This document shows, piece by piece, positions 53,881 to 64,000 of a stretch of 64,000 nucleotides of DNA. Under the pieces are notes generated by a model. It saw only the letters and a program-made list of their open reading frames with translations. It did not search any database and was not told the origin of the DNA. Made by a program: the position numbers and the translations under genes. Origin of the DNA: an uncultured Planctomycetaceae bacterium (lineage in GTDB: Bacteria > Planctomycetota > Planctomycetia > Pirellulales > PALSA-1355); NCBI GenBank assembly GCA_963785305.1, contig CAWAUV010000008.1, positions 416,001 to 480,000 of the forward strand, in the 5' to 3' direction. The stretch's first letter is position 1, and each line of letters begins with the position of its first letter.

Positions 53881-55867
53881 TCAGATGCGCTTGAACTGCC
53901 GATCCAGTTCTTCGCGCGTAAAGATCAGCGCCGTCGGTCGGCCGTGCGGGCAATGATGCGAGTCTTGCGCCAGGTGGCGTTGCTCGACCAGCGCGGCGAT
54001 CTCGTCGGGCGTCAGACGGTCGCCGGCCTTGATCGCGGCTTTACACGAAATCATGTGCAGCAGCTCGTCGAGCACATCGCGGCGATCGGGCTGCTTCCCG
54101 CCCGAGAGCAGCCGATCGACCAGTTCGCGGAGCACTTCCGCCGGGGCGACTCCCGAGAGCATCGCCGGATAGCTCGAAACCAGCACCGTGTCGCCGCCGA
54201 AGGGCGATACCGCCACGCCCAGTCGGGCCAGAAGCTCGCGCGATTCGAGCACCGCCGCCGCCTCGGCCGGATTCAAATCCACCGGCTCGGGCACCAGGAG
54301 CGATTGGGATTCGAGCTCGCCGGCGAGCACTTTCTCGCGCAAACCTTCGTAGAGAATCCGTTCGTGCAAGGCATGTTGATCGATCACGATCATGCCGTCG
54401 TCGCTCTCGGCGATTAGATAACGATTGTGAACCTGCAGCGCGCCGCGGGCTGCTTGTGGCCCGCTCCCTGGCGCCGGGGCTCGAGTCGCCGCGTCGCGTA
54501 TCCTCGGCGGCCGCGCGCGGGCGGAGCAAAGGGGTCTTCGGCCCCGTCGGTCTGGGCGACGCTCGCGCGGGCATCGGCCTGGAACAGGCCGCGGTCAAAT
54601 CGTTCGAGCTCCAGCGGTCCGCGCGCCGGCGGATTCCAAGCCGGGGCCGCGGCGCTCATCGCGGCATTGGCCGGACGATGGTCGCCATCGCCGCCCGGCA
54701 TGCGTTCCACAAGGCCCAACCCCGCCGTGCCGCGAGGTTGGCCGGCCGCTCCGGCCACGCGTTCTTCAAGCCGCCCCTTGGCCCAATCCACCAGCTCGCG
54801 CCGTGTGCGCTCGGCATGTGCGGAGTCGACCGCTTCGGCGGCTTCATGCGTGGCCGATGGCTGCAAGCGGGCCGTGAGATCGGTGGTGAGAAACTGGGTG
54901 CGCAGAGCGCCGAGCAGCACGCTGTAGAGCCGGCCCGATTCCTGAAACCGCACTTCGAGCTTCGTGGGATGCACATTGACATCGACCAAGTCGGGCGGCA
55001 TGCCGATCTTCAAAAACGCGATTGGGAACCGGCCCGTGAGCAAGAGACCGCGATAGGCTTCGCCCAAGGCATGTTGGAGCGAGCGATCGCGAATGGCGCG
55101 GCCATTGAGAAACAGATACTGCATTCTGGGGTTCGAGCGGCTTTGGCTCGGATTGGCGGCGAAGCCCTCGAGGCTCAGCTCGCCATCGCGGCTCGACACC
55201 GGTATGAGGGCGGAGGCCAATTCGGCGCCGAAAAACGCCTCGATCCGGCCGCGCCAATCACTGGCCGCCGGCAGTTCGTACACGGTCCGCTCGCCGTGGC
55301 GGAGCGTGAGATGAATGCCGGGCTGGGCCAGCGCGATTCGGGTAAAGGCTTCGGCCACGTAGCCCATCTCGGTCTGCGTGCTGCGGAGAAACTTGCGGCG
55401 AACTGGCGTGTTGAAAAACAGATTCTTGACTTCGACCGTCGTGCCCACCGGGCAACCGCACGGGGCCACGGGTTCGCTTTCGCCACCGTGGGTGCGCAGC
55501 TCGTAGCCGGCGGCGTCGTCGCTCGTGCGGCTGCGGAGTAGAAAATGACTCACGGCCGAGATCGACGCCAGCGCCTCGCCGCGAAAGCCGAGCGTCGCCA
55601 CGCGAAACAGATCGTCGGCGTCGCGAATCTTGCTCGTCGCGTGGCTGTCGATCGCGAGCGGCAACTGTTCGGGCACGATTCCGCAGCCGTCGTCGCTCAC
55701 GCGCACCAGATCGGCCCCGCCTTGCACGACGGTCACTTCGATGCGCCTGCGCCGGCGTCGACCGCGTTTTCCATCAACTCCTTGACCACGCTCGCCGGTC
55801 GCTCGATGACTTCTCCGGCGGCGATCTTGTTGACCACCGCTTGAGTTAAACGCTGAATATCCGGCAT
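53881..55867 (-). CDS. mutL: DNA mismatch repair protein MutL (frameshifts near 55750 and 54415)
   Basis: [58 protein letters not shown] and CPHGRP. Confidence 0.95.
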
Positions 55868-55978
55868 GAGCAACTCGACTCCGTTCCAGAGGCGCTGCGT
55901 TTTCGGGCTCGTCATAATCCCATTCCGGCGCCCTCGCGCTTCTCGGCGAGGGCCGGGTGATGGACGCTTCGCGGGGCG

Positions 55979-57385
55979 TTACAACTGAAAATCCTTGATC
56001 TTGCGATATAGCGTGCGTTGGCCGATGCCGAGCATTTCGGCGGCGGCCTCGCGATTGCCGCCGGCGCGTTCGAGCGTGGCGGCGACGAACAGCCGCTCGA
56101 CATCGGCCAGCGGCCGGCCCACGAGCGCTTCGAGCCCTCCGCCCGCGGGCAAGGGCGTGGTCGGGGTGGTTTCGTCGGTCAATTCCGCGGGGAGATCGTC
56201 GACATCGAGCACGCCATCGAAATCGACCACCACCATGCTCTCGACCACGTTGCGCAGCTGCCGCACATTGCCGGGCCAATGGTAGGTTTGCAGCCGGCGC
56301 CGCGCGGCGGCCGACATGGAGCGAATCGATTTATGATGCCGCTTGGCGAAGAGTTTGATGAAATGCTCGATGAGCAGGGGAATATCTTGCCCGCGCTCGT
56401 CGAGCCGGGGCAGCCGAATCGTAATCACCTTGAGCCGATGATAGAGATCGCTGCGAAACGCGCCGGCCTCGATCGATTCCTCGAGATTGCGATTCGTGGC
56501 CGACAGGATGCGGACATTGACACGCACCACATCGTTCGATCCGACACGCGTGATCTCGTTGTTTTCGAGCACTCGAAGCAGTTTGATTTGCGTGGCCAGC
56601 GGCATATCGCCGACTTCATCGAGAAACAGCGTGCCGCCGTGGGCATATTCGAACTTGCCCATCCGGTCGGTCGAGGCGTCGGTAAAGGCGCCTCGCACAT
56701 GGCCGAAGAGCTCGCTTTCGAGAATGTTTTCGCTCAGCGCGGCGCAGTTCAGCGCCACGAACGGCTTGTTCTTGCGCGGACTGTTCTGATGAATCGCCTG
56801 GGCCACGAGCTCCTTGCCCGAGCCGGTCGGCCCTTGGATCAGCACGCTGGCGTCGGTCGGAGCGATGCGCTTGAGACGATCGATCACGTCGCGCATTTGC
56901 GGACTCGAGCCGATCAGGCCCTCGAAACCAAATCGCTCGTCGAGCCGGCGATGCAGCTCGATATTGGCTTGCCGTAGGCGAACGCTGGCGACCGCTTTTT
57001 CGGCCACGGCCCGCAATTGCCCCAGGTCGAGCGGTTTGAGTAGGTAGTTGAAAGCGCCTTGCTGCATGGCGGCCACGGCCGAGGGCACCGTGCCATGGCC
57101 GGTCACGAGCACCACCTCGGCGTCGGGCAGCGCCTCTTTGGCGGCCGAAAGAATCTGAAGCCCGTCGACCTCGTTCATCATCAGATCGGTGATGATCAGA
57201 TCGAACGCCTCGGACTCGATTTTACGGCGTCCCTCGGGCCCGCTCGTGGCGATGGCGCAGTGGTAGCCTACGCGCTCGAGGCTTTCGGCCACCGCTTGGG
57301 CATGGGGCGCGTCGTTGTCGACGATGAGCACGCGCACGCCGGCTGGCTCGGCCGCGGGACGTTTCGATTGAGGGGCGACGACCAT
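55979..57385 (-). CDS. Sigma54-dependent NtrC-family response regulator
   Basis: Receiver domain (ITDLMM), [31 protein letters not shown] and a Fis-type HTH. Confidence 0.93.
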   Translation of the reverse strand: MVVAPQSKRPAAEPAGVRVLIVDNDAPHAQAVAESLERVGYHCAIATSGPEGRRKIESEAFDLIITDLMMNEVDGLQILSAAKEALPDAEVVLVTGHGTVPSAVAAMQQGAFNYLLKPLDLGQLRAVAEKAVASVRLRQANIELHRRLDERFGFEGLIGSSPQMRDVIDRLKRIAPTDASVLIQGPTGSGKELVAQAIHQNSPRKNKPFVALNCAALSENILESELFGHVRGAFTDASTDRMGKFEYAHGGTLFLDEVGDMPLATQIKLLRVLENNEITRVGSNDVVRVNVRILSATNRNLEESIEAGAFRSDLYHRLKVITIRLPRLDERGQDIPLLIEHFIKLFAKRHHKSIRSMSAAARRRLQTYHWPGNVRQLRNVVESMVVVDFDGVLDVDDLPAELTDETTPTTPLPAGGGLEALVGRPLADVERLFVAATLERAGGNREAAAEMLGIGQRTLYRKIKDFQL

Positions 57386-57515
57386 GAGGCCGATGATAGC
57401 AAAAAAAAGGGCCAGCGCCAGTCGCCAGCCGCGCGATTCACGTCGCCAATCGCGAGATGCGCGAGGCCGGGCGGCAACTTGACCGGGGCGCCGGGGCCCT
57501 CCTATGATGCGAGGC

Positions 57516-58776
57516 ATGGCTACATGTTTGCGCTTTGGCGCCCAAAATCGCGTGGAAATCGATGCGCCGGCCGGCGCGATCGTGGTCGACTGCCCGGCGC
57601 CGCGAGGAGAGCCGGCCGAGGACATTGCTCTCGCCGTGTGTCAGGCCCTGGCGGAGCCGCTTGAATTTCCGCCGCTGGCCGAGGCGGTCGTGCCGGGCGA
57701 CCACATCGTGATCGTGGTGGAACATGGCGTGCCGCGGGCCAACGAGGTCGTCGCCGCGGTGGTCGAATGGTTTAGCGACGCGGGCGTCGAGCCGGCGGAT
57801 ATCTGCGTGCTGCTCGCGCCCGAAGACGGGGCGCTCGAGGCCGCCACGTTGGCTCGGCTCGGTGGTTTGCAAGAATCGGCCCGCGCCGGCCAGCCGCGGC
57901 TCGATGAACGCCGGCATGATCCGACCGATCGCGGCTCGCTGGCGTATCTGGCGAACATCGGCGAGGGCAAGCCGGTCTATTTGAACCGGCTGATCTGCGA
58001 GGCCGATTTTTTAGTCCCGATCGGTTGCGCCCGATTGGAAACGCCCGGCGGATTGCAATCGCCAAGCGAGGGCATGTATCCCGCTTTCGCCGACCCGGCG
58101 GCTCGCGCTCGCTATCGCTCGCCGAAGACGGCCGCCTCGCCGGTGCAGCGCAATCGCTTGCGGCAACAAGCCCGGGAGGTCGAGTGGTTGCTCGGCGCGA
58201 TGTTTTCGATTCGTGTCGTGCCGGGGCCGGGCGATAGTGTGCTGGCGGTCGCGGCGGGCGAGAGCCGGGCCGTGGAACAATGGACGCAAAGCCGCTGCGA
58301 TGAAGCTTGGCGATTTTCGGTTCCGGAGCCAGCCGATCTGGTGGTGGCGGCCATCGAAGGCGGACCGGCCCAGCAAACCTGGGACCACGTGGCCCGCGCG
58401 CTCGCCGCCGCCAAGCGGGCAGCGCGCGAAGGCGGGGCGATCGCGATTCTCTCGGAGCTCGACACTCCGCCGGGCCCGGCGATGCAATTTCTCTCCTCGG
58501 CCGAGAGCCCGCAAGACGCCCTGCATGCAATTACTCACGAGCGGCCCGACGATGCGCTCGCGGCCGCGCAGCTCATTCACTCGCTCGAGGGCCATCGCGT
58601 GTATCTGCTCAGCCGCCTCGAGGCCGAGGTGGTCGAATCGCTCGGCATGGCGCCGATGGCCGACGCGGGCGAAGTGCGTCGGCTGGTGGCTCGCCACGAT
58701 TCCTGCGTGTTCTTGGCCAACGCGCAACATGCGGCTCGCGGAACCGGAAGAAATGGCCGAGCCGGAAGAAAACTGA
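57516..58776 (+). CDS. Divergent lactate racemase (LarA)-like domain protein (C-terminal frameshift)
   Basis: [14 protein letters not shown] and [12 protein letters not shown] resemble the LarA N-terminal domain. Confidence 0.7.
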
Positions 58777-58833
58777 TACTTTGTTGGGTTGATATCTTCT
58801 TTGGGCCTCGGCCCCTCCATGGGCGCAATCGCC

Positions 58834-59824
58834 ATGACCAACACGCTCTCGGTGGATCGCTCGCCGTTCGATGGCGCCGGGCTTTTGGCGCTCGACGATC
58901 GCACGCAACTTGAAATCGCGGGTCCCGACCGGGCGAAGTTCTTGCACAATTTCGTCACCAACGAAATTCGCAAACTGGCGCCGCTCGCGGGTTGCGAGAC
59001 TTTCGTGCTTTCGGCCCAAGGTAAAACGCTGGGGCATGGGGTCGTGTACCACGAGCCCGAGCGGCTGGTGTATGAAACGACTCCCGGCCAAGCCGAAAAG
59101 CTCATCGCGCACTTGGACCGATATCTTTTCGCCGAGAAGGTCACGCTCGCCGATCGCAGCCAAGAGCGGGCCGAGTGGTTGCTCGCCGGCCCGCGCGCCC
59201 GAGGCGCTGGCCGCGGCGGGCGTGGCCGAGATTCCGAGCGAGCCGCACACGATCGCCCCGGCCGCGATTGCCGGCCAGCAGGTTTGGATTCGCCGCACGA
59301 GCATGGCCGGCCCGGTCGGGTTTCTGATCGATGGCCCGCGCGAGGCGAAGGCGGCGATCGGCGCGGCGCTCGTGGCGGCGGGGGCTCGGGGCATTGACCA
59401 TGCCGCGTGGGACGCTCGCCGGATCGAATGGGGCTGGCCGCTCCAGGGCCTCGACATCACGGAAAAGAATCTGCCGCAAGAGGTCGATCGCGACCGGTTG
59501 GCGATCAGTTTCGTCAAAGGTTGCTACCTGGGGCAAGAAACAGTGGCTCGCATCGACGCCCTGGGGCATGTGAACCGCACACTGGCGGGAGTGTGCTTCC
59601 TCGCCGCCCAGCCGGGCGCGCCGCTGCCGGCGCCCGGCCTCGAGCTCACGCGCGACGGCAAACCGGCGGGGCATGTCACGTCGAGCTGCTATTCGCCCAC
59701 GCTTGCCGCGCCCTTGGCTTTGGCTTATCTCCGTCGCGAGTGCAATGCCCCCGGCACGGAGTTCGATTCGCCGCTCGGCGCCGCGCGAGCCGTGCGTTTG
59801 CCGTTGGATCTTGTAAGCGGGTGA
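58834..59824 (+). CDS. ygfZ: Folate-binding protein YgfZ/GcvT-like (frameshift near 59200)
   Basis: GPDRAKFLHNFVTN and the signature KGCYLGQE. Confidence 0.9.
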
Positions 59825-60085
59825 GCGACGGAAACTCGCCCCTCCCAGCACATATTCACACCCATGTGACAGGGTTCTGACGGCGCGAGTGAGTGCGAGC
59901 CAAGGCGCAACTGCTTTCGTGCATGTGCCTTGCGAACCAGAGGCGGCGGCCCAAGGCGTCACGGCGGCGCGAATCTCGGGATTCAGCGCCGCCGGATGGC
60001 CGGAACAAAATTGTCGTGCTTAAACCGCAATTCTATCGCGACTTACGATCAACCATCTCACGCATTTCGGGCTTGAGCCACGCGA

Positions 60086-60101
60086 TGGCACAAGGCGTGC
60101 A
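60086..60101 (+). promoter_or_regulatory. Putative sigma54 (-24/-12) promoter upstream of the P-II gene
   Basis: TGGCACAAGGCGTGCA has exact GG-N10-GC spacing. Confidence 0.6.
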
Positions 60102-60205
60102 TTAAGGGATTGCCGGAAAGGCCATGAGAGTCGCCAAGGGCCTGCCGCTTGCGTTCGTCGCTCGGCGAATGAAGCACAACAAGAAAAAACAACTCGCGGC
60201 TGTAA

Positions 60206-60565
<360 letters not shown>

Positions 60566-60650
60566 GTGCATTCGGGGTTGCGGCCCACCGAGCGAACTTG
60601 CGTGAGCGAGCAGATTTTCGGTCGGCCGCATGTTAAAATAAAACAAGTGT

Positions 60651-60736
60651 CGCGTCTCGCCACCCCAGCGAGACGCGATTCACGGCACAGGCCCGGTGGT
60701 AGGCGGAAACCAGCCCACGGGGCCTGTGCCAGTTTT
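60651..60736 (+). terminator. Two tandem hairpins, the second followed by a T-run (terminator or leader element between glnB and cimA)
   Basis: TCGCGTCTCGC-N7-GCGAGACGCGA, then GGCACAGGCCC...GGGCCTGTGCC-AGTTTT. Confidence 0.5.
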
Positions 60737-60784
60737 ATGAATCCTAGTGCGGGTTCAAACCCGTCATGACGGGTTTGTCGAAAA

Positions 60785-60867
60785 ACAAGCCTGAAGCGCA
60801 AGCGAAGGTCCCCGCGGCGTTTAAGCCGCCAGCTCAACATATTCCTTCGCTGGCGCTTCAGGCTTGT
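60785..60867. repeat. REP-like inverted doublet
   Basis: ACAAGCCTGAAGCGCAAGCGAAGG (60785-60808) and CCTTCGCTGGCGCTTCAGGCTTGT (60844-60867) are complementary at 23 of 24 positions. Confidence 0.75.
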
Positions 60868-61027
60868 CGGGCGCACTAGTTACTTGGGCTCGCCCGCATT
60901 GGATCGCGGGCTTCGAGCCGCCGGCGCGGCTCGCGCCGTTTCTGTCGCGAACCTCGTCGGGTACGATAGTGTCGGAACCTCGCGGGGCGAGGGCGCTCGG
61001 TGTTTTTTCCTAGAGGTCGGTTTTTCA

Positions 61028-62614
61028 ATGCGCGTGCAGATCTATGACACGACGCTGCGCGATGGCAGCCAGGGCGAAGGCGTCAACTTCTCGCTCCAAG
61101 ACAAGCTCCAAATCACCGAGCGGCTCGATAGCCTGGGCTTCGACTATATCGAAGGCGGCTATCCGCTCTCGAACGAGAAAGACGCTCGGTATTTCGAACG
61201 CGTTTGGCAGCTCGATCTCAAGCACGCCCGCGTGACCGCCTTTGGCATGACTCGCCGCCGCGGCCTCAAGGCCGAAGACGATCCAGGCATGCAAGCGCTC
61301 GTCGCTTCGCGCGCTCAAACCATCACGCTTGTCGGCAAGACTTCCGATTTTCATGTCAAGGAAGTGCTCCGCGTGTCGCTGGAAGAAAATCTGGCGATGA
61401 TCGCCGACAGCGTTCGCTTCTTGCGCGACGCCGGCCGGGAAGTGATCTACGACGCCGAACACTTTTTCGATGGCTGGAAGTCGAACCCAGCTTACGCCGC
61501 GCAGACCTTGCAAGCCGCCGCCGGCGCCGGCGCCAGTATCCTCGTGGCCTGCGACACCAATGGCGGAAGCCTGCCCGGCGAAATCGCCGCCATCTTGCGC
61601 GAAGCTCAAGGCAAGGTCGATCTTCCGTTCGGCATTCATTGCCACAATGATTGCGAGCTCGCGGTGGCCAACACGCTCGCCGCGATCGGCGCCGGCGCCG
61701 TGCATGCGCAAGGCACGATCAATGGCTTGGGCGAGCGCTGCGGCAATGCCGATCTCGTGTCGATCGTGGCCAATCTCGCGCTCAAGCATCGTGGCTACGA
61801 ACTGCTCGCGCCCGGCTCGATCGAGCGGCTCACCGAGCTGTCGCGCTTTGTCTATGAAACCGCCAACCTGCGGCTGCGGCCAGGACAGGCGTTTGTCGGC
61901 GCGAGCGCCTTTGCTCACAAGGGCGGAATGCATGTGCATGCCGTGGCGCGGGTCAGCGCCAGCTATGAACATGTGCCGCCCGAGAGCGTGGGCAACGAGC
62001 GACGCATCTTGGTGAGCGAGCTTTCGGGCCGGTCGAACATCATGGCGCTCACCAGCGATCGCGATCTGCCGCAAGACCGCGAGGTGATGGACCGGATTTT
62101 GGCCCGTGTCGTGGAGCTCGAGAATCGTGGCTACCAGTTCGAGGCCGCGCAAGGCTCCTTCGATCTGCTCGCGCAAATCCGCCGGCGCTATCGCCCACAC
62201 TTCGAGCGGCTGCATTACCGGATCAATGTCGAGACCGACACGGCGGGTTTGGTGACGACCGAGGCCACGGTCAAGCTCCGCGTGGGCGACGAAATTCGCC
62301 ATGACGTGGCCGAGGGCGATGGCCCGATCAACGCCCTCGACGCCGCGCTGCGCAAAGCCCTGGCCGACGCGTTTCCGAACTTGGCCCACATGCAGCTTGT
62401 CGACTACAAGGTGCGGGTCATCAACAGCGAGGCGGGCACGGCGGCCGGAGTGCGCGTGGTAATCGAAAGCCGCGACGAGCACGAGGTGTGGGGCACCGTG
62501 GGCGTGAGCGAAAATGTGATCGAGGCCAGCTGGATCGCGCTGGTCGACAGCTTCGAATATAAGCTGTATAAGGACGAATCCCGCGCCCGGCGGCCCAGCG
62601 CCGTCGCTCGGTAG
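61028..62614 (+). CDS. cimA: Citramalate synthase
   Basis: [43 protein letters not shown] and LVDYKVR. Confidence 0.92.
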   Translation: MRVQIYDTTLRDGSQGEGVNFSLQDKLQITERLDSLGFDYIEGGYPLSNEKDARYFERVWQLDLKHARVTAFGMTRRRGLKAEDDPGMQALVASRAQTITLVGKTSDFHVKEVLRVSLEENLAMIADSVRFLRDAGREVIYDAEHFFDGWKSNPAYAAQTLQAAAGAGASILVACDTNGGSLPGEIAAILREAQGKVDLPFGIHCHNDCELAVANTLAAIGAGAVHAQGTINGLGERCGNADLVSIVANLALKHRGYELLAPGSIERLTELSRFVYETANLRLRPGQAFVGASAFAHKGGMHVHAVARVSASYEHVPPESVGNERRILVSELSGRSNIMALTSDRDLPQDREVMDRILARVVELENRGYQFEAAQGSFDLLAQIRRRYRPHFERLHYRINVETDTAGLVTTEATVKLRVGDEIRHDVAEGDGPINALDAALRKALADAFPNLAHMQLVDYKVRVINSEAGTAAGVRVVIESRDEHEVWGTVGVSENVIEASWIALVDSFEYKLYKDESRARRPSAVAR

Positions 62615-62743
62615 CTTTTCCGCGGAAACGCCGCCGGAGGTTGTCGAGCGCTCGGGCGCGAGTGCATCCGGCGTCGCATTATTCTCTTGCACCTTCCATG
62701 CGAGCCACGGACGGCGATCCGCGGCCCCACCAAATTCACCACC

Positions 62744-64000
62744 ATGGCCCGACCCACACCAGAGCCCGCTGGCGACGCCCTACCCCCGGCCAAAGCATCG
62801 CCTTCGGCCGCCACTGGGCCTTCGACCTCCGCGGCCGAGCTTCCCAAGCAGTATGATCACGCCGGGGCCGAATCCCGCTGGCTGCCCTTTTGGCGCGAGC
62901 GCGGCTACTCGAACGGCGATCCGGACACGAACGCCGATCCGGAGCGGCGCCGCAAGCCGTTTACGATCGTGATTCCGCCGCCCAATGTGACCGGCGCCTT
63001 GCACCTGGGCCACGCGCTCAACAACACCTTGCAAGACACGCTCATTCGCTGGCGCCGCATGCAGGGCTACAACACACTGTGGATGCCCGGCTCCGATCAT
63101 GCCGGCATCGCCACCCAAGCCGTGGTCGAGCGGCGACTTCTGGAAGAAGAAAAGAAGACTCGACACGATCTCGGCCGCGAGGCATTGGTCGAACGGATTT
63201 GGGCCTGGAAAAACGAATACGAGCACCGCATTCTCGGCCAATTGGCCAAGATGGGCGCGAGTTGCGATTGGCGTCGCACGCGGTTCACGCTCGACCCGGT
63301 CTGCACGCGGGCCGTGCGGCACACGTTTTTCCGCATGTTTCAAGATCACAAGATCTATCGCGGCAAGCGGCTCGTGAACTGGGATGCGTTTCTCCAGACC
63401 GCCGTGAGCGACGACGAAGTGTTTCATGAGACCGTGGCGGGGCACTTCTGGCATTTTCGCTATCCGGTGATCGATCCCCGGCCGGGCGAGCCGACGCATG
63501 TGACTATCGCCACCACGCGGCCCGAAACGATGCTCGGCGACACGGCCGTGGCCGTGCATCCCGATCCGGCCGCGGCGCTGGCGGCGGCACGAAGCCGCGC
63601 TCCGCGCGAAACTGGCCGAAGCCAGCGACAAAGATCGCGCGGCGATCGAAGCCCAACTTGCCGACGTGGCCGAGCGGCGCCAGAGCCTCTTGCCACAACT
63701 GGAAACACTGCGCGACATGGCCCTGGCCGGACGCATGCTCAGGCTTCCGCTCATCGATCGCGAGATTCCGCTCGTGGCCGATCTTTGGGCCAAGCCGGAG
63801 CTCGGCAGCGGCTGTGTGAAAATCACGCCGGCCCACGATCCGAACGACTATGAAGTGGGCAAGCGCCAGAACCTGCCAAAGATCAACATTCTCAATCCCA
63901 ACGGCACGCTGAATGTCGCGGCCGGCCCCTACGAGGGCCTCGCGATTCTCAAGGCCCGCGACCGCGTGGTGGCCGATCTCGAAGCGCTGGGGCTCATGCA
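62744..64000 (+). CDS. valS: Valine--tRNA ligase (partial, runs off the window; frameshift near 63590)
   Basis: PPPNVTGALHLGH, DHAGIATQ, ATTRPETMLGDTAVAVHP, and GSGCVKITPAHDPND in the shifted frame. Confidence 0.95.

Noticed and set aside
60694..60706. T-box riboswitch upstream of cimA/valS
   Set aside because: GGTGGTAGGCGG lacks the UGGNACC bulge consensus and no Stem I motifs are recognisable.
61025..62692. Long antisense ORFs (e.g. 61025-62692 -, 51420-53453 +, 50278-51762 +, 36652-38121 +, 22234-24171 -)
   Set aside because: These are shadow frames of real genes in high-GC DNA, with Arg/Ala/Gly-rich translations and no motifs.

Overview
High-GC planctomycete (Pirellulales-like) chromosomal window, judged from DUF1559 prepilin-like genes, PQQ-propeller and YCF48-like proteins, an FlgI-like/HEAT protein and REP-like palindromes. 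Many genes, including essential ones (holA, mutL, valS, ygfZ), are split by single frameshifts, which most likely reflects long-read indel errors. From left to right: (i) the end of a CRISPR-like array (36-bp repeat, 37-bp spacers) at 24-200; (ii) envelope and secreted-protein genes, a radical SAM plus methyltransferase pair, and holA; (iii) an accessory block at about 18.4-34.7 kb with an McrBC restriction system, an orphan TadA/CpaF ATPase and a ten-gene candidate biosynthetic cluster (Rieske oxygenase, NTF2-like protein, alpha/beta-hydrolase, two B12-binding radical SAM enzymes, two GNAT-like proteins, GH3 acyl-adenylate ligase, PAP2-type enzyme, fatty-acid desaturase); (iv) an orphan mraZ followed by a candidate structured RNA and a translationally coupled pair of P-loop ATPases (ATPase plus ATPase-wHTH-TPR) that looks like an uncharacterised STAND-type defence or signalling system; (v) housekeeping genes pyrG, kdsB, msrB-msrA, a TolC family gene, mutL, a sigma54 response regulator, ygfZ, glnB, cimA and valS. 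All calls come from reading motifs by eye; no database searches were run.
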